32,000 nucleotides of DNA from a virus, in IMG/VR virus record IMGVR_UViG_3300045988_126465, positions 8,657-40,656 of that record; one strand, written 5' to 3'. This document shows, in pieces, positions 13,197 to 21,962 of this stretch. Each line of letters begins with the position of its first letter. Within the stretch, counting starts at the first letter, position 1. The position numbers and the translations under genes were made by a program. Below the pieces are notes generated by a model. That model was not told where the DNA came from. It saw only the letters and a program-made list of their open reading frames with translations, and made no database searches.

Positions 13197-14509
13197 TGTT
13201 TACAGAGCAACAACTAGCAGCATTCAATGCAATGAATCACGAACAGATTCAAAAAAGATTTAAAGAAATTCAAGATGAGGTCAACAAAAACGATCCTAAT
13301 ACAAACTTGGAAATGTTACAGGCAGAATTTGATATCTTGCAAAAACGTGACAAAGAGTTACAAGGCAAGGTAGCAAAACGTCAGGCGTTCTTAGATACTA
13401 TGGCAAAATCTATTGTAGATGAAGATGAAGCTTTTGCTACACAACAGGAACAAGCTCGTAGCAAAGCACATCCATCAATGCCTACAAACTTGTCAGAACG
13501 TAAAAAAGGAATGGAAGACGATATGGAGTATCGTAGTGCGTTCATGGAATTCGTTCAAAAAGGAAAACAGTCAGAAATCTTAAGACAACGTAGTGCAGAA
13601 GCAGGTGTGGCAGCTGATCTAGGCATTTTAATTCCTGAAACAATTGTTCAGAAAGTAATGACTGAATTAAGTAAATCACGTGGTTACTTATACAATGCAG
13701 TATTACATACAAATTTCCGTGGTGGTGTTAAATATCCTATCGGTTCATTCAAGGCTACATTTAAACGTATCACAGAAACAACAGTATCTGATCGTCAAAA
13801 GGCCGGTTCTGTTACAGAATTTGTACAATTTGGATATTTGATTGGTGAAATTCGTTTAGCACGTACATTACTACAAACTGTATTGACTGTAAATGCATTT
13901 GAAACTGAATTAGCAAAAGTTATTGTAGAAGCTTATTTGGAAGCTATGGATCGTGAAATTTTAACAGGCCAATCTGAAAACAATGAGTGTGAAGGTATTT
14001 TAACAGAAGCTAATAAAGTAAGTGGACGTATTAAAGCAGATCACATTATTGAATTTACGGAAGCAGAAATGAAAGATTGGAAATCATGGCAAACAAAATT
14101 GTTCGCAAAGATTCCTTTATCAATGCGTAAATTAAAACCAGAGTTCGTAATGACGCCTGCTACATATGAAGCAAACATTAAAACGTTGGCCGATGATAAT
14201 AATCGTCCTGTTTATGCAGAAACATATAATCCTATTGATGGTGCAGAACGTGCAACATTCAAAGCTAGAACAGTTAATTTCGTTGAAAATGATACATTCA
14301 AAGATTTTGATGAAGCAAAAAACGGTGAATATTTCGGAATGTATTGGGTTGGAAAAGAAGCCTATGCGATCAACTCAAATATGCAGTTTGGTGTGAAGAA
14401 GTACTGGGATTATGAAAAGAATGAGGAAGTAACTCAGGCATTAGTTATCAATGATGGTAAAGTATTAGATCCTCAATACATCTTCTTGTTAAAAAAAAAA
14501 GTAGCTTAA
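13196..14509 (+). CDS. major capsid protein (HK97 fold) with N-terminal delta/scaffold-like coiled coil
   Basis: 437 aa with a TAATG coupling to the protease gene. The N-terminal ~100 aa form a coiled coil and are followed by a capsid-like body. The position is canonical. Confidence 0.88.
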   Translation: MFTEQQLAAFNAMNHEQIQKRFKEIQDEVNKNDPNTNLEMLQAEFDILQKRDKELQGKVAKRQAFLDTMAKSIVDEDEAFATQQEQARSKAHPSMPTNLSERKKGMEDDMEYRSAFMEFVQKGKQSEILRQRSAEAGVAADLGILIPETIVQKVMTELSKSRGYLYNAVLHTNFRGGVKYPIGSFKATFKRITETTVSDRQKAGSVTEFVQFGYLIGEIRLARTLLQTVLTVNAFETELAKVIVEAYLEAMDREILTGQSENNECEGILTEANKVSGRIKADHIIEFTEAEMKDWKSWQTKLFAKIPLSMRKLKPEFVMTPATYEANIKTLADDNNRPVYAETYNPIDGAERATFKARTVNFVENDTFKDFDEAKNGEYFGMYWVGKEAYAINSNMQFGVKKYWDYEKNEEVTQALVINDGKVLDPQYIFLLKKKVA

Positions 14510-14665
14510 GCAATGGAGATGTTACAAAAGATGAAAGTCAAACAGGAACACAATCATTAAATGATGAAGAACCTGTTGGAACTGATGATGAACCTATTTT
14601 ATTAGATGATGAGCCTAAGAAAACTACTCGAAAAAGCAGTGCGAAGAAAGCTTAGGTGATAGATA

Positions 14666-14968
14666 ATGGCGTTCAATATTTCTGAAAGCCTTCTAGAACG
14701 TGTTAGAACTGCTGCTACAAGAGCTAAATCACATGCTTATGATGATGAAATCAAAACGTATATCAATGCATGTTTATACGATTTGGATAGATTAAATATC
14801 TTATTTGATGAAGATGATTTAGAAGATGAAATTGTAGTAGCGGTAATAGCATATGTAATGTCAAAATTTGGTACAACGGATGCTTCAAATAAAGAATCAA
14901 TGGCTAAAACATATGAGGATTTACGTCAGATTCTTATGACAGATAAATCTCATAAGAAGGTGAAATAG
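14666..14968 (+). CDS. head-tail connector protein (gp6-like)
   Basis: 100 aa, the first gene after the capsid gene, with an AGGTGA RBS. The call rests on position and size. Confidence 0.5.
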   Translation: MAFNISESLLERVRTAATRAKSHAYDDEIKTYINACLYDLDRLNILFDEDDLEDEIVVAVIAYVMSKFGTTDASNKESMAKTYEDLRQILMTDKSHKKVK

Positions 14969-14969
14969 T

Positions 14970-15305
14970 ATGGCATATGAATATACTCGTGAGAATAATC
15001 TTTACTACGATGTGGCATATCTGATTGAAAAAGAAAGATATGTGGATGCAGATGGTGTGGAACGTGTTAATGAAACTGAGAAGGAAGTATTTTGCCGTGT
15101 CGGTGGAATTTATTCAAAAGAATTTAATGAAGCCTACCAGGCAGGCATACAGTTAGCGTATAAGCTTGTTATTCCTACTATTGATTACAATGATGAAACG
15201 ACAGTGAAATACAACGACAAAAAGTATGCGGTTTATCGTACATTCCCATCCGGAGATACGATTGAACTATATGTTCAACAGGATGCTGGAGAATGGAAAC
15301 AGTAA
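14970..15305 (+). CDS. head closure / head-tail adaptor protein
   Basis: 111 aa. Its position and pattern (...KEVFCRVGGIYSKEF...YAVYRTF...) resemble head-closure proteins. Confidence 0.5.
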   Translation: MAYEYTRENNLYYDVAYLIEKERYVDADGVERVNETEKEVFCRVGGIYSKEFNEAYQAGIQLAYKLVIPTIDYNDETTVKYNDKKYAVYRTFPSGDTIELYVQQDAGEWKQ

Positions 15306-15631
15306 GACAACAGATTGTAGCTAAATTCACTGAACTTTTAGGTGAAGGACAATTTGTATACGGAAGTTTCAAATCAAAACCCCATACCCCCTATGGGAAT
15401 TATGCATTGGATTATACAAATAATTACTTTGCAGACAATAGAACGTATTGTAAGATTGGAACTTACATATATAGATTGGTGACTGATCAAAAAGATTTTG
15501 AATTAGAAGCTAAAATCGAAGACATGTTTGATGAACTAGAAATACCATACCAAACCATCACAGATGAAGATATAAACACTCAAAAAGTACACTGTACAGA
15601 ATGGACGGTGACATTAGTTGGCCGTCAATGA
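15293..15631 (+). CDS. neck/tail-joining structural protein (unassigned)
   Basis: 112-aa ORF within the connector module, overlapping both neighbours. Confidence 0.45.
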   Translation: METVRQQIVAKFTELLGEGQFVYGSFKSKPHTPYGNYALDYTNNYFADNRTYCKIGTYIYRLVTDQKDFELEAKIEDMFDELEIPYQTITDEDINTQKVHCTEWTVTLVGRQ

Positions 15632-16028
15632 TGTATATTGCGATATGTCGCAGCTTGGGCCTGAAATTAGAAAGATGATTCAAGAATATAAAGAGCATTC
15701 TTTGGCACAGATTGATAGAGCAGTAGAAGAAACTACAAAAGATTCTAAAGACATTGTTAAAGCTAAGGCCAATGTAGACCATAGAAACACGCGTAGAAAA
15801 GGCAAGTATAAAAGGTCTATAACATATAAGATAGAACGTGAATTAGCCCATACACGCGGTGTTATTTATGCGAGTGGCCACGAATACTCATTAACTCATT
15901 TACTAGAAAACGGACATAATTTATGGAATTCTCCTAGACGTACACGTGCATTTAAGCATTGGAAAGATGGAGAAACAAACGCAATCAAGGAACTGCCAAG
16001 TTTAATCGAAAAATATTTGAAAGGATAA
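15618..16028 (+). CDS. HK97 gp10-family tail-completion protein
   Basis: The motif GKYKRSITYKI...VIYASGHEYSLTHLLENGH is typical of Firmicute gp10-like proteins. The start may be the TTG at 15618 or the ATG at 15645. Confidence 0.6.
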   Translation: MAVNDVYCDMSQLGPEIRKMIQEYKEHSLAQIDRAVEETTKDSKDIVKAKANVDHRNTRRKGKYKRSITYKIERELAHTRGVIYASGHEYSLTHLLENGHNLWNSPRRTRAFKHWKDGETNAIKELPSLIEKYLKG

Positions 16029-16033
16029 AAACT

Positions 16034-16678
16034 ATGGCAGAAAAAAACAAAGTACGATTCGGTCTAAAAAATGTACATGTATGTTCTATTACAGAAAGTG
16101 CAGGATCAATTACATATGGTACGCCTACTGCGTGGAAAGGTGCTAAATCATTAACTCTAGATCCAGAAGGAGATACAAATACATATTATGCAGATAACAC
16201 TGCGTATTTCACAACGAATACAAACAATGGATATTCAGGAAGTTTGGAAATGTCTGAGATTCCTGAAGAAATTGAAAAAATGATTTTCAATACAGTGACA
16301 ACAGAAGAAGGTAACTTAGCAGAAGATGCAAACGTATTGCCTAATAATGTTGCGCTTATGTTCCAATTTGAAGGTGATGTAAGTGCTACTAAACATATCT
16401 TCTATAAGGTTGTATTTGCACGACCAAATGTAGAAGGTGAAACAAAAGAAGAAAGCACTGATCCTACTACTACATCAATGGATATTACAGCAGTTCCCAT
16501 TGAGAAAGATGATCATCAATGGGTAAAGGCAAAATGTCGTAAAGGGGATACAAATTATGAGAGTTTCTTTACAACTGCTCCAACATTACCTACTCCAAAA
16601 GCTGGTGAAATGAGCCAGGAAGAAAGTACACCGGTAGTTGTACAAAGTGATGATGGAAAGGAAGTGAGCACATTATAA
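16034..16678 (+). CDS. major tail protein (phi13-like)
   Basis: The ATG at 16034 gives MAEKNKVRFGLKNVHVCSI..., which is in frame with the track ORF. It lies immediately upstream of the chaperone and tape-measure genes and is followed by a hairpin. Confidence 0.75.
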   Translation: MAEKNKVRFGLKNVHVCSITESAGSITYGTPTAWKGAKSLTLDPEGDTNTYYADNTAYFTTNTNNGYSGSLEMSEIPEEIEKMIFNTVTTEEGNLAEDANVLPNNVALMFQFEGDVSATKHIFYKVVFARPNVEGETKEESTDPTTTSMDITAVPIEKDDHQWVKAKCRKGDTNYESFFTTAPTLPTPKAGEMSQEESTPVVVQSDDGKEVSTL

Positions 16679-16697
16679 GAGGGGCAACCCCCTCTTT
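16678..16697 (+). terminator. hairpin / partial terminator after major tail gene
   Basis: AGAGGGG-caac-CCCCTCT followed by TT. Confidence 0.45.
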
Positions 16698-16707
16698 GTG
16701 AGGTTAT

Positions 16708-17136
16708 ATGGAAACAAAAATTAAGATTGATGAAAAAGAATATGGTGTTCTTTATAAAGGTAAGACAGCGAAAATCTATAGAGAATACTTCAATAGAGAT
16801 ATGTTGGTTGACACTCAGAAAGCACAGATGAAGTTCTCGGAAGCTATCAAAAAGAAAGTGGGAACAGATGAAGAAGATGAACCTGCATATTATGTATTGT
16901 TAGAAGCGAATGGTTCAGAATTCTTTGAACGTGTGTTGTGGGCATGTATCAAAGCATATGATGTTGTTCAAGGAAAAGAAACGGAAGATTTTTCAGATTT
17001 TATTGATAATGTTGTAGACTATGACACATTTGTCACAGTAGGTATTATGGTGTTTGAAAAAATCGTTTTTGCGAACAGTCCAACTATCGATAGTGAATCA
17101 GAAGATGTAGAAGAAAAAAACAAAAAAAAAGAATAG
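16708..17136 (+). CDS. tail assembly chaperone (gpG-like, short form)
   Basis: 142 aa and acidic, directly upstream of the tape-measure gene. It ends in an A-rich slippery run. Confidence 0.7.
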   Translation: METKIKIDEKEYGVLYKGKTAKIYREYFNRDMLVDTQKAQMKFSEAIKKKVGTDEEDEPAYYVLLEANGSEFFERVLWACIKAYDVVQGKETEDFSDFIDNVVDYDTFVTVGIMVFEKIVFANSPTIDSESEDVEEKNKKKE

Positions 17137-17327
17137 TTAGCTACTCTGATTTGATTATAGGGTGCATGAATTTAGGGCTCAAGATGAATGAAATAGATGA
17201 TATGGACATTGGAATGATGTTTGACTTGATCATAGCTAAAAGCAATATGAGTGCAAGAGCAGACAAACAATCTAGTAACAAAGTACATATCCGTAAAGCA
17301 ATCCAAAGCGACTTTGATAGATTTTAG
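16708..17327 (+). CDS. tail assembly chaperone, -1 frameshift long form (gpGT-like)
   Basis: The A9 run at 17122-17130 (A AAA AAA AAG) is the candidate slip site. The -1 frame is open from 17130 to TAG at 17325-17327 (RIVSYSDLIIGCMNLGLKMNEIDDMDIGMMFDLIIAK...DFDRF) and ends just before the tape-measure RBS. Confidence 0.6.
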
Positions 17328-17339
17328 GAGGTACTAAAA

Positions 17340-20300
17340 TTGTCAGGTTATAGTCAAATAAAAGGTATCTCCGTAAAGATTGATGGAGATACTACAGGAT
17401 TTCAGAAAGCGATAAATGAAATCAAAAGAGAAACATCAGGGTTAGACCAAACAATGTCTAAACTAAAAGCTTCAATGAAGCTAAATCCGAATGATTTCTC
17501 GTCATTTGCAACATACCAAAATCTATTAAAGGATAAGATTCAGAGCACTTCTAAGCAATTGGATGTCTATAACAAAAAGCTTAAAGAATATCCTAAAACA
17601 CAACAACAATGGGCAGATCAAGTTAACAAATCAAAAGACACGTTATCGCAATATCAGACTAAATTAAACAGTACTGAATCGGCGATGAGTGCCTTACAAA
17701 AAGAATATAAGACAAATCAAACTCAAATCCAAGCATGGAAAGATGCGATTGGCGATAGTTATCACACTACAGAACAATGTGAAACCGCAATTTCCACTCT
17801 AACTGCTAGAAATAAAGAACTTTCAGTTTCTATGAAGGCAAATAGTGCTTCACAAAAGGAATACAATGCAAAAATTGCGGAACAAAAGAAAAATCTTGTT
17901 GACTTAGGAAGCACGTATGAGGAATCGCAAAGGACGTTTAATGGTCTAAGAGCTGGTGCAGCAACGTTAAACAATGAACTAAAGAGCTTGAATAAAAGCT
18001 TTATTACAGATAATGAAAATATATTAAAATTATCACATTCATTTGGTGTTGCCAGTCAGAAAGCAAATCAATTTGCAGAAACTATTAAACCATTGTCTGC
18101 GTTGTCAGCAGCGGTTATTGTCGGAGCAACAAAAACTGCAATTGATTTTGAAGATGCATGGACTGGTGTTACAAAAACAGTAAATGCAACTCCTCAACAG
18201 TTTGAAAAAATCAATGCAGGCTTAAAAAATCTTGCACAAACTACATCGAGTACATATCAAGATATTGCACATTATGCAGAACTTGCAGGACAAATGGGTA
18301 TCCCTACAGATTCTATTGTTGGATTTACTAAAACTATTACAGAATTGGGTGATACTACAAATCTTGTTGGTGAAGAAGCAGCACAAAGTATTGCCAAATT
18401 CTCAAACGTAATGGTTTCACAGTCTAAAAAGACGAATACATATTATTCTCGTTTAGGTTCTACAATCGTAGATTTGGGAAATAAGTTCTCTACTACTGAA
18501 GCGGATATTATGGATATGGCTACTAGGCTAGGTGTTGCAGGAAAAATGGTTGGTTTGAATTCGAACCAAGTATTAGGATTATCAACTGCATTGTCTTCAT
18601 TAGGTATTGAAGCTGCTGCTGGTGGTAGTTCTGTTTCTAAAATGTTGAAGACAATTGATATATCTGTTTCTACGGGAGATAAGAAACTACAAAAGTTTGC
18701 AGAAGTATCTGGCATGACTTCAAGTCAATTCCAAAAGGCTTGGGGAGAAGATGCAGCGGGAACATTCTTAAAGTTTGTAGAAGGTATTGGTAAATCGGCG
18801 GATGTTACAAAAACATTGGATGAATTAGGCATTAAGGAAGTACGACAAGCACAGTCAATGGGTGCTTTGGCACAAAGTTCGGATGTATTGGCTAAAGCAT
18901 TAAATGTTTCTCAAAACGCATGGCAAGCGAATTCAGCCATGGCAACTGAAGCGGAAAAACGATATGGAACATTAAAATCTCAAATGTCACAGACATGGGA
19001 AGCAGTTAAACAAGCCGCTGATGAACTAGGCCAGGCATTTACACCTACTCTTACATCTATATTGAAGGTTGTAAAGAAAGCGGCTAATGCGTTCTCTAAT
19101 TTAGATGACAGTACACAAGAAACAATAGCAAAATTGTTGTTGGTGACTGCGGCTGCATATCCTACTGCAAAAGCAATCAGCAAGATTTCAGATGGACTGA
19201 ATTATGGAGTAGGGAAGATGGCGGGGTTCGCTAGAAATACAAAGAGCCTTGTAAAAGCAATCGAAAATACATTATCTCCAGCAAGCGAATTAACTGGTGC
19301 ACTTGCAGATGCTGGTACACAAGCTACGGTTACAGGTGGTGCTTTCTCGTCTACAAGTGTGTTATTGTCAGGCTTAGGCATTGCAGCAGGATTAGCGGTT
19401 GCTGAAATTGCTGTATTAGTTCCTATGTTTGAGAAGGTTAAGCAAAAGGAAATTGAAGATTTAAAAGCGAAAGATGCTTTGTATGAAGCTGATTTAAGAG
19501 TTATTGATGGTTTATCAAAATACAATGCTCAAATAGATAAATACACATCTAAAGCAGAAGGATATATTGATACATATAAATCAAATGAAAAGGTAGCAAA
19601 AAATTTAGTTACTCAGATTGAACAACTAAATGATGTTGAAAATAAATCAGAAACACAAAAAGAATTATTGCGTGAAAAGGTTGAACAGTTAAATGCTATT
19701 TATCCTGATCTTAATCTAACAGTAGATGAAAACAGTGGCAAGGTTGCTGATAATACTGGAAAAGTGTTTGAAAATGTTGGTGCTTTAGAAGAATATATCG
19801 ACAAAATTCAGGAAGCTGCTAAACAAGAAGCATATGCTGATGCAATTAAGACAACCACAAAGTCTATTGTTACTCAAGAATCCAAATATCAAGAACTAGG
19901 TGCAACTTTATACGATTTACGTGGTAAATACGTAGAATTACAACAAAAGCAAAAAGAAGCCATTGCAGATCATGACAACGAAAAGATTGCTCAATATACA
20001 GATCAATTAGGCATTGTAAAAGGACAAATGGATGAGGTCACTGCTTCATTAGGTAATATGGGTGAAAAGCTTCTTGAGTCTAATCAAAAATTAGCAGATT
20101 ATACAAACCAATTAGAAACGGGAGGTTTAAAAGAAATTGGTGATACTTTAAAAAGCCAATTGCAAGAAGTTGTAGATACGGCCGCAGAAGATGGCTACAA
20201 AATCCCTAAGAATTTGACAGACGGAATCATGAATGGAACAGAAAGCTATACAACTGCTCGTGATTTTATAACTCAGATGCTTACATTCCAACAATTAACA

Positions 20301-21176
20301 GAAAATGCTGGTCAAGCTGGTTTAGCAATACCTGCTGCAATCGCAGAAAGTATTGTTGAGAATGCAGGAAGTGTTAGTGAAGCAAATGCTCAATTGAATA
20401 ACATGATTGAGTTTAACGAAGCTGTTCAAAAGGCGGGATATGATGGATTACAAGTTTCACCTAAAGTTGCAGAAGCGATTGCAAGTAATCAAATATCCGT
20501 TTCTGATGCAATGAAAGCATTGGGAAAAGGTGGAGTTGATGAATTAGAGAAGCAGCTAAATAAAGGAAAAGATAAGGCATCAAAAACATCTAAAGAAACA
20601 GGTAAAGCTTTAAAAGACGGAGAATCCGATGGTATAGCATCAGGAAATTCAATGGGTGGTTCTAGTGGAAAAGCTTTGTTTAGTTCATATAGCAAATACG
20701 CAAAACAAACGATAGCAGCCGCTGAAAAAGTAAAAGAAGCATTAAAAGATGCACAAGAGTTTGCAAAAAATCATCCTATCATAATTACGCAAACGACTGT
20801 CAAAAAGACAAAAACTGAAAAACATTCTTTAGATAATTTATCTCGACCTGTTGTTGATTCTGATGTTGCACCTATGAGTGCTGATTCTATTGCAGCGTTG
20901 GCTGATACAAGCACATATGCAGTGGCTAGTGATGCTACTACATCTATTATGGGTGGTACAGTATCACGCTCTAATTCTACGGCATACAATTTAAACTTGG
21001 ATGGTATTTACAAAAGAATGGACAATTTAATGAGTGCTTTAAATGCAATAATGGATAGCAATATCACAATCAATCTACAACCTATGCAATTGGATGGAAA
21101 TGTTGTTACAGATACTGTACAAGAAATTATATCAATTCGAGATATGTTGAAATCATGGGGAAATGGAGGTTCATAA
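17340..21176 (+). CDS. tail tape measure protein
   Basis: 1278 aa with a TTG start after GGAGG. It has extensive coiled coil and the conserved TMP core (DFEDAWTGVTKTV...IAHYAELAGQMGI...). Confidence 0.93.
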   Translation: MSGYSQIKGISVKIDGDTTGFQKAINEIKRETSGLDQTMSKLKASMKLNPNDFSSFATYQNLLKDKIQSTSKQLDVYNKKLKEYPKTQQQWADQVNKSKDTLSQYQTKLNSTESAMSALQKEYKTNQTQIQAWKDAIGDSYHTTEQCETAISTLTARNKELSVSMKANSASQKEYNAKIAEQKKNLVDLGSTYEESQRTFNGLRAGAATLNNELKSLNKSFITDNENILKLSHSFGVASQKANQFAETIKPLSALSAAVIVGATKTAIDFEDAWTGVTKTVNATPQQFEKINAGLKNLAQTTSSTYQDIAHYAELAGQMGIPTDSIVGFTKTITELGDTTNLVGEEAAQSIAKFSNVMVSQSKKTNTYYSRLGSTIVDLGNKFSTTEADIMDMATRLGVAGKMVGLNSNQVLGLSTALSSLGIEAAAGGSSVSKMLKTIDISVSTGDKKLQKFAEVSGMTSSQFQKAWGEDAAGTFLKFVEGIGKSADVTKTLDELGIKEVRQAQSMGALAQSSDVLAKALNVSQNAWQANSAMATEAEKRYGTLKSQMSQTWEAVKQAADELGQAFTPTLTSILKVVKKAANAFSNLDDSTQETIAKLLLVTAAAYPTAKAISKISDGLNYGVGKMAGFARNTKSLVKAIENTLSPASELTGALADAGTQATVTGGAFSSTSVLLSGLGIAAGLAVAEIAVLVPMFEKVKQKEIEDLKAKDALYEADLRVIDGLSKYNAQIDKYTSKAEGYIDTYKSNEKVAKNLVTQIEQLNDVENKSETQKELLREKVEQLNAIYPDLNLTVDENSGKVADNTGKVFENVGALEEYIDKIQEAAKQEAYADAIKTTTKSIVTQESKYQELGATLYDLRGKYVELQQKQKEAIADHDNEKIAQYTDQLGIVKGQMDEVTASLGNMGEKLLESNQKLADYTNQLETGGLKEIGDTLKSQLQEVVDTAAEDGYKIPKNLTDGIMNGTESYTTARDFITQMLTFQQLTENAGQAGLAIPAAIAESIVENAGSVSEANAQLNNMIEFNEAVQKAGYDGLQVSPKVAEAIASNQISVSDAMKALGKGGVDELEKQLNKGKDKASKTSKETGKALKDGESDGIASGNSMGGSSGKALFSSYSKYAKQTIAAAEKVKEALKDAQEFAKNHPIIITQTTVKKTKTEKHSLDNLSRPVVDSDVAPMSADSIAALADTSTYAVASDATTSIMGGTVSRSNSTAYNLNLDGIYKRMDNLMSALNAIMDSNITINLQPMQLDGNVVTDTVQEIISIRDMLKSWGNGGS

Positions 21177-21177
21177 A

Positions 21178-21960
21178 ATGTATCATTTTAGATTTACACC
21201 TGAAAATAAACTGCGTTATACGCAAAATATTATGTATTTATTAAAGGTAAGTGAGCGCCCTGTTATTCCTATGGCAGAGGAAATTGTAGAAACATCTACA
21301 CTTGGTGACGGTACTACATCGTATCGTCATACAGGTGTATATCAAGATCGCAAAATTCCTATCAAATGCAACTTTGTTTTAAATAGCAAGAAAGAATATC
21401 TAGATCGTATCTATAAAATTCAACAATATTTTAATGGAAATAAAGGAATATTGGAGTTAACTAGTGATGATAGAGAACATTATTGGAAGGTAAAAAATGT
21501 AACGTTTGATATAGATTCTAGAGATTTTGGACGAGGAAGTGAATTTACAATCACATTTATTTGTGAACCTTACAGATACGTAAATAAGTATTCAAGACCA
21601 TACGATATTGTAAGTGGTAAAAAGGTAGAACTTGCGAATTATTATGAAACAGCATATCCAATCTATCGCTTATATAACACTTCCATGAATGCGAAAAACA
21701 TTACGATCAATTGTAATGGAAACAATTTTACAATCACAAATCCTTTCAATGGTACATCGGATATTTTGTATGTTGAAATCAATACAGAGAATTCTTATAT
21801 GAAAACATACTATAAAAATGGAACGTATAAATATGACACATTGAAAACAAGTGGTTCGTTTGATGGACTTAAATTTAATTATGGTTCAAATAATGTATTG
21901 ATCACAACGGATATTGGTGCTATTCGTGCAGAAATTATACGTAATTATAGGGAGAAATAA
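21178..21960 (+). CDS. distal tail protein (Dit)
   Basis: The ATG at 21178 follows GGAGG. It is the first gene after the tape-measure gene, about 260 aa. Confidence 0.65.
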   Translation: MYHFRFTPENKLRYTQNIMYLLKVSERPVIPMAEEIVETSTLGDGTTSYRHTGVYQDRKIPIKCNFVLNSKKEYLDRIYKIQQYFNGNKGILELTSDDREHYWKVKNVTFDIDSRDFGRGSEFTITFICEPYRYVNKYSRPYDIVSGKKVELANYYETAYPIYRLYNTSMNAKNITINCNGNNFTITNPFNGTSDILYVEINTENSYMKTYYKNGTYKYDTLKTSGSFDGLKFNYGSNNVLITTDIGAIRAEIIRNYREK

Positions 21961-21962
21961 AG

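Noticed and set aside
14166-14396. 76-aa + strand ORF out of frame inside the major capsid gene, and similar internal ORFs at 22333..22557, 7051..7260, 15178..15372, 15558..15782, 22520..22702, 22767..23012, 23535..23756, 27447..27677, 28011..28250 and 28958..29206
   Set aside because: All are nested in, or antisense to, stronger genes. None has an RBS or a recognisable motif.
17762-20989. Several 60-107 aa minus-strand ORFs inside the tape-measure gene (17762..17974, 18443..18715, 18980..19183, 19202..19525, 20489..20695, 20771..20989)
   Set aside because: They lie entirely antisense within a well-supported 1278-aa gene. They have no RBS, and their low-complexity translations are typical of the reverse frame of Ala/Lys/Glu-rich coiled-coil coding sequence.
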